A DNA stretch of 19,247 nucleotides from assembly GCA_043804695.1 (NCBI GenBank), contig JAZDIV010000038.1:1-19247 (forward strand), read 5' to 3'. The translations under genes and the position numbers were made by a program. Below, one piece after another: positions 16,068 through 19,247 of this stretch (the first letter of the stretch is position 1; each line of letters starts with the position of its first letter). This DNA is from PVC group bacterium. Its GTDB lineage: Bacteria; Auribacterota; Erginobacteria; Erginobacterales; Erginobacteraceae. Under the pieces are notes generated by a model. That model was not told where the DNA came from. It saw only the letters and a list, made by a program, of their open reading frames with translations, and made no database searches.

Positions 16068-16751
16068 TCATCGTATGACAAGATCACATTCCGCGCCCTC
16101 GTCCCACACGAAGCGTCCTTTCCTCTTCACCAGCTCCTGGAAATGGCCGGGGACGATCCGTTCAGCCAGGTCGGTTACGCGGCGAATGCTCTTTTTTGAA
16201 TCCTCCACCGTGCCGAAGGGCATATCGGAGACCCCGGTCAGTATTTCTTTCACATATTTAACGGCGTCGCCGGCCAGCACCGACGGCCCCGCTTCCGTTT
16301 CCAGCACCAGTGAATAGGAACCCGGCGTATGACCGGGCGTGGGAAAGTAGCGTATTCCTTTACAGAGAGAGCCTTCGCCTTCAATGAGCTTGAGATCGTA
16401 CTCCTCCAGCTTCTCCCTGATCATCCAGGGGATAAAAAGGTCCTTCGGGTTGGGGGCCGCAGCATAGTCCCACTCCGCCCGGCTGACATAAACAGCGGCG
16501 CGGGGAAAGAGATCGATATTCAAAGAATGGTCGAAGTGAAGGTGGGAAAGAAACACCGTTTTCACTTCCGCCGGATCAACCCCATGCCGGGCCAGACCGT
16601 CAAGAAGCAGGGACCGGTTGACATAATGCCCGGTGTCGAACAGAAAATGCCCGCCGGATGAGTGAACGAGGGTGACATTCGCCAGACCGAGAAACCCATC
16701 GCGCAGGCTCAGGTTATTGCCCTGAACAATAATGTCGTAGGTAACCGCCAT
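16068..16751 (-). CDS. MBL-fold metallo-hydrolase (AHL-lactonase-like)
   Basis: LFDTG, SHLHFDH (HxHxDH), TPGHTPG, LAGDA, VPGH. Confidence 0.88.
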   Translation of the reverse strand: MAVTYDIIVQGNNLSLRDGFLGLANVTLVHSSGGHFLFDTGHYVNRSLLLDGLARHGVDPAEVKTVFLSHLHFDHSLNIDLFPRAAVYVSRAEWDYAAAPNPKDLFIPWMIREKLEEYDLKLIEGEGSLCKGIRYFPTPGHTPGSYSLVLETEAGPSVLAGDAVKYVKEILTGVSDMPFGTVEDSKKSIRRVTDLAERIVPGHFQELVKRKGRFVWDEGAECDLVIR

Positions 16752-16766
16752 CTCAGGAACGTTCCA

Positions 16767-16813
16767 TAATCCGATTTATGCCAGCCTGCGGCAGGCAGGC
16801 ATAAATCGGATTA
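16767..16813. repeat. 47-bp palindrome
   Basis: TAATCCGATTTATGCC-A-GCCTGC-G-GCAGGC-A-GGCATAAATCGGATTA: 16-bp perfect outer arms and 6-bp inner arms. Confidence 0.9.
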
Positions 16814-16814
16814 G

Positions 16815-16834
16815 AAATGAATCGGGACAATAAT
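16815..16834. repeat. 20-bp dispersed exact repeat, copy 2
   Basis: Identical to 3052-3071. Confidence 0.85.
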
Positions 16835-16858
16835 TGTCGAAATGCTACTTACTAATGA

Positions 16859-16967
16859 GAACCCTAAATAGTAGACGTTTATCACCCTAAGCTATTTCTA
16901 TGCCCCGTTGGCAAGATGTACTATGCAACATTAATCGCCGCATAAAAATGTCTACTATTTAGAGTTC
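16859..16967. mobile_element. Putative small MITE, 109 bp
   Basis: Inverted ends GAACCCTAAATAGTAGACGTTT (16859-16880) and reverse complement of 16946-16967 GAACTCTAAATAGTAGACATTT (20/22); AT-rich; no target duplication seen. Confidence 0.6.
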
Positions 16968-17016
16968 GGAGTAATAATAGTGCGCTCTCACTCCGATGGT
17001 GGCGAGTAGTTTTTTA

Positions 17017-17060
17017 ACTTTAGGCACTTCGAACTTTAGGCACTTTAGGCACTTCAGAAC
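17017..17060. repeat. Short tandem repeat (ACTTTAGGC x3 with ACTTC spacers)
   Basis: ACTTTAGGC ACTTCGA ACTTTAGGC ACTTTAGGC ACTTCAGA AC. Confidence 0.8.
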
Positions 17061-17101
17061 GTTGCCCGAACCCCGATAAATCGGGGTAGACTGCGTGAGG
17101 G

Positions 17102-18955
17102 CTACGTTCTTCGTGAAGCCAGACGGGAATCCACTTTTTTCCAGATACATTTTACCGCTTCCGTCACCGGACCGTCGTCATATTCAACCACCGAGAGACC
17201 TACCATCTGGGCTTCGGTTACCACGGTGTCATACGGAATCTCTCCCATCAGTTCGGCTCCGTATTCACCGGCCATCTTTTTAATCCGTTCCGCCATCTCC
17301 CGGTTGAGATCGGCCTTATTGATCACCACCCCGGCGGTAATGCCGAAATGGCGGGTGACATCCAGAATCCGGCCCAAGTCATGGACGCCGGAGACCGTGG
17401 GCTCGGTGACGATCAGCGCGTAGAACGCCCCGGTCAGGGAGGCGATCACCGGGCAGCCGGTCCCCGGGGAGCCGTCGATCAGAACTTCTTTCAGGGAATC
17501 ACGTAACGCCATCTCCATCGCTTTCTCCCGGATCAGCGTCACCAGACGGCCGCTGTTTTCTTCGGCAATCCCCAGGCAGGCATGGGTCATCGGCTGGTCG
17601 AGGCGGGTCCGGGATACAAACCACTCCCCGTTGACGGCCTCTTCGGTCTTTACCGCCCCTGCGGGACAAACCAGGCGGCAGACCCCGCACCCCTCGCAGG
17701 CCAGCGGGTCGATCGCGTACGACGGTTTTTTCTCATCATCCCTGATAATCGCGTCGAAACGGCACTCTTCATAACAACGCCCGCAGCCGGTACATTTTTC
17801 CGGGTCGATCTCCGCCACCACCCCGCCGCTGAATAGACCTTTTTCTTTCACTTCCGGACGGAGCAGGAGGTGCAGGTCGGCCGCGTCCACATCGCAGTCG
17901 GAGATGGCCGCGTTCCCGGCCAGGGCCACGAAAGAGGCGGTCAGCGATGTTTTGCCCGTGCCGCCTTTCCCGCTGATGACCACCAGTTCCGGGACCCGGG
18001 GACCGGATGGAACCGGCGGCCGGCCGTGCTCCACCATCCCATCAACCAGCACCGATTCTTCCGGGACCGGACGGAGTTCCCTCTCCAGGCCTGCTGCTTC
18101 TTCGATGGCCGCAGCGAGCGTTTCAAAAAGGGGGCGGTAGGCGGGGAGTGTATCCACCACCAGGCCGCCGCAAGAGTACACTTCCGCGATCTCCCGGGCG
18201 TCCGGGATCTCGCCGATGATCTCCAGCCCCTGTTCCCGGCAATACTCCTTCAACGCGTCATCCCGGTACTCGGCCCGGTTCACCAGGACCACCGGCTCCT
18301 GGCCGATCTTCCGGCACATCAGGACCGCCAGCTTGAGGTCGTTGATCCCGAAGGGCGTGGGATCGGTGACCAGGACGACCAGATCGACATCTTTGACCGT
18401 CTCCACCACCGGGCAGGCCGTTCCCGGGGGTGAATCATAGATGGTGATGCCGCTCCCGGCATACTCTTTGACCCGGCGGATCAATCGCGGGGACATCCCC
18501 CCCGCACCGGTCTCCAGGAGCGCGTAATGAAAATCGATCGGGCTGCTTCCTTCCGGGGGCACCCTGCTGGCACCGTGCAGCAGAGTCCCGATCTTCTTTT
18601 CTTTCTCGATAATGGCGTCCGTCGGGCAGACGATCGTGCAGGCGCCACAGACGTGGCAGAGCTCCGGAAAAAAGATAAACTGATCCTTCAGTACGGCGAT
18701 CGCGTTATAGGTGCACGCCTCCGCGCACCTGCCGCATTTTATGCATTTCTCCTCATCCACACCCGCCGGCGACAGCAACAGTATCTCCTCTTCCTTCTCG
18801 ATGGACGGCTTAAGAAAGAGCTGCCCGTTGGGTGCCTCCACGTCACAATCAAGGTAGGTTACACTTCGGCCTGCTGCCGCAAGCACGGCGGCAAGATTGG
18901 TTGCCACCAGTGTCTTGCCGGTACCTCCCTTGCCGCTGGATATCGCTATTTTCAT
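17102..18955 (-). CDS. Fused tandem MinD-superfamily P-loop ATPase with inserted 2[4Fe-4S] ferredoxin domains (two COG1149-like units)
   Basis: Two SGKGGTGKT, two DCDV, four CxxCxxCxxxC motifs, DSPPGTACP and DGSPGTGCP, in one 617-aa ORF. Confidence 0.9.
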   Translation of the reverse strand: MKIAISSGKGGTGKTLVATNLAAVLAAAGRSVTYLDCDVEAPNGQLFLKPSIEKEEEILLLSPAGVDEEKCIKCGRCAEACTYNAIAVLKDQFIFFPELCHVCGACTIVCPTDAIIEKEKKIGTLLHGASRVPPEGSSPIDFHYALLETGAGGMSPRLIRRVKEYAGSGITIYDSPPGTACPVVETVKDVDLVVLVTDPTPFGINDLKLAVLMCRKIGQEPVVLVNRAEYRDDALKEYCREQGLEIIGEIPDAREIAEVYSCGGLVVDTLPAYRPLFETLAAAIEEAAGLERELRPVPEESVLVDGMVEHGRPPVPSGPRVPELVVISGKGGTGKTSLTASFVALAGNAAISDCDVDAADLHLLLRPEVKEKGLFSGGVVAEIDPEKCTGCGRCYEECRFDAIIRDDEKKPSYAIDPLACEGCGVCRLVCPAGAVKTEEAVNGEWFVSRTRLDQPMTHACLGIAEENSGRLVTLIREKAMEMALRDSLKEVLIDGSPGTGCPVIASLTGAFYALIVTEPTVSGVHDLGRILDVTRHFGITAGVVINKADLNREMAERIKKMAGEYGAELMGEIPYDTVVTEAQMVGLSVVEYDDGPVTEAVKCIWKKVDSRLASRRT

Positions 18956-18982
18956 CTACCAGTTTATCTCCGCACAGTTTTT

Positions 18983-19246
18983 TTAAAACCAGAGCAGCAG
19001 GTTGAGCAGCGTCCCGGTCGCCACGGAAACCGTCACCATGATCGCGGCCGACTTGAGCATGTCCTTCACTCCCAGTTCCTTTAAGAGAATCGTGAAGGTG
19101 GCGATGCAGGGGAAGAACATCGCCAGCACCGTGCAGGCTACCACCAGCTGCTTGGAGGTGAGATTGAGCGGAGCCAGCATGCCCACCGCCACGTCCTTGC
19201 GCAGGAAGCCGATCAGGATCGCCACGATCGATTCCCTGGGAAGACC
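18983..19246 (-). CDS. feoB: Ferrous iron transporter FeoB, C-terminal end (5'-truncated by window edge)
   Basis: Frame open to the edge: GLPRESIVAILIGFLRKDVAVGML...AMFFPCIATFTILLKELG. Confidence 0.8.
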   Translation of the reverse strand, partial: GLPRESIVAILIGFLRKDVAVGMLAPLNLTSKQLVVACTVLAMFFPCIATFTILLKELGVKDMLKSAAIMVTVSVATGTLLNLLLWF

Positions 19247-19247
19247 C

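Noticed and set aside
673..18433. Long antisense or overlapping ORFs (e.g. 864-1736, 5960-6898, 7212-8684, 8593-9744, 14665-15885)
   Set aside because: They shadow well-supported genes in GC-rich DNA and show no recognisable motifs

Overview
GC-rich bacterial window with about 15 genes, mostly on the minus strand. In coordinate order: 3' part of an AcrB-family RND permease (+); Fur/PerR regulator with promoter, candidate operator and terminator; a co-directional osmostress cluster (RCK_C/TrkA-C membrane protein, treS, otsB, otsA, CPA2 antiporter, ArsB/NhaD-type permease); an AAA_14/DUF4143-type ATPase; a 335-bp MITE with 24-bp TIRs and an 8-bp target duplication; a secreted 844-aa repeat protein (14 propeller-like repeats plus six 40-aa FG-GAP/VCBS-like C-terminal repeats); ribF (+); an MBL-fold hydrolase; a fused double MinD/ferredoxin ATPase; and the 3' end of feoB. 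Reading beyond the ORF track shows that otsA has no ATG/GTG/TTG upstream of its conserved N-terminal motif and probably starts at ATC. It also shows an orphan copy of the secreted protein's terminal repeat, a 58-aa half alpha/beta-hydrolase in frame with the MBL stop, a tandem duplication of the ATPase 3' end, an exact 20-bp repeat 13.8 kb apart, and a dense cluster of miniature palindromic elements. No rRNA, tRNA, CRISPR array or transposase was seen. Product calls rest on motif recognition only; no searches were run.
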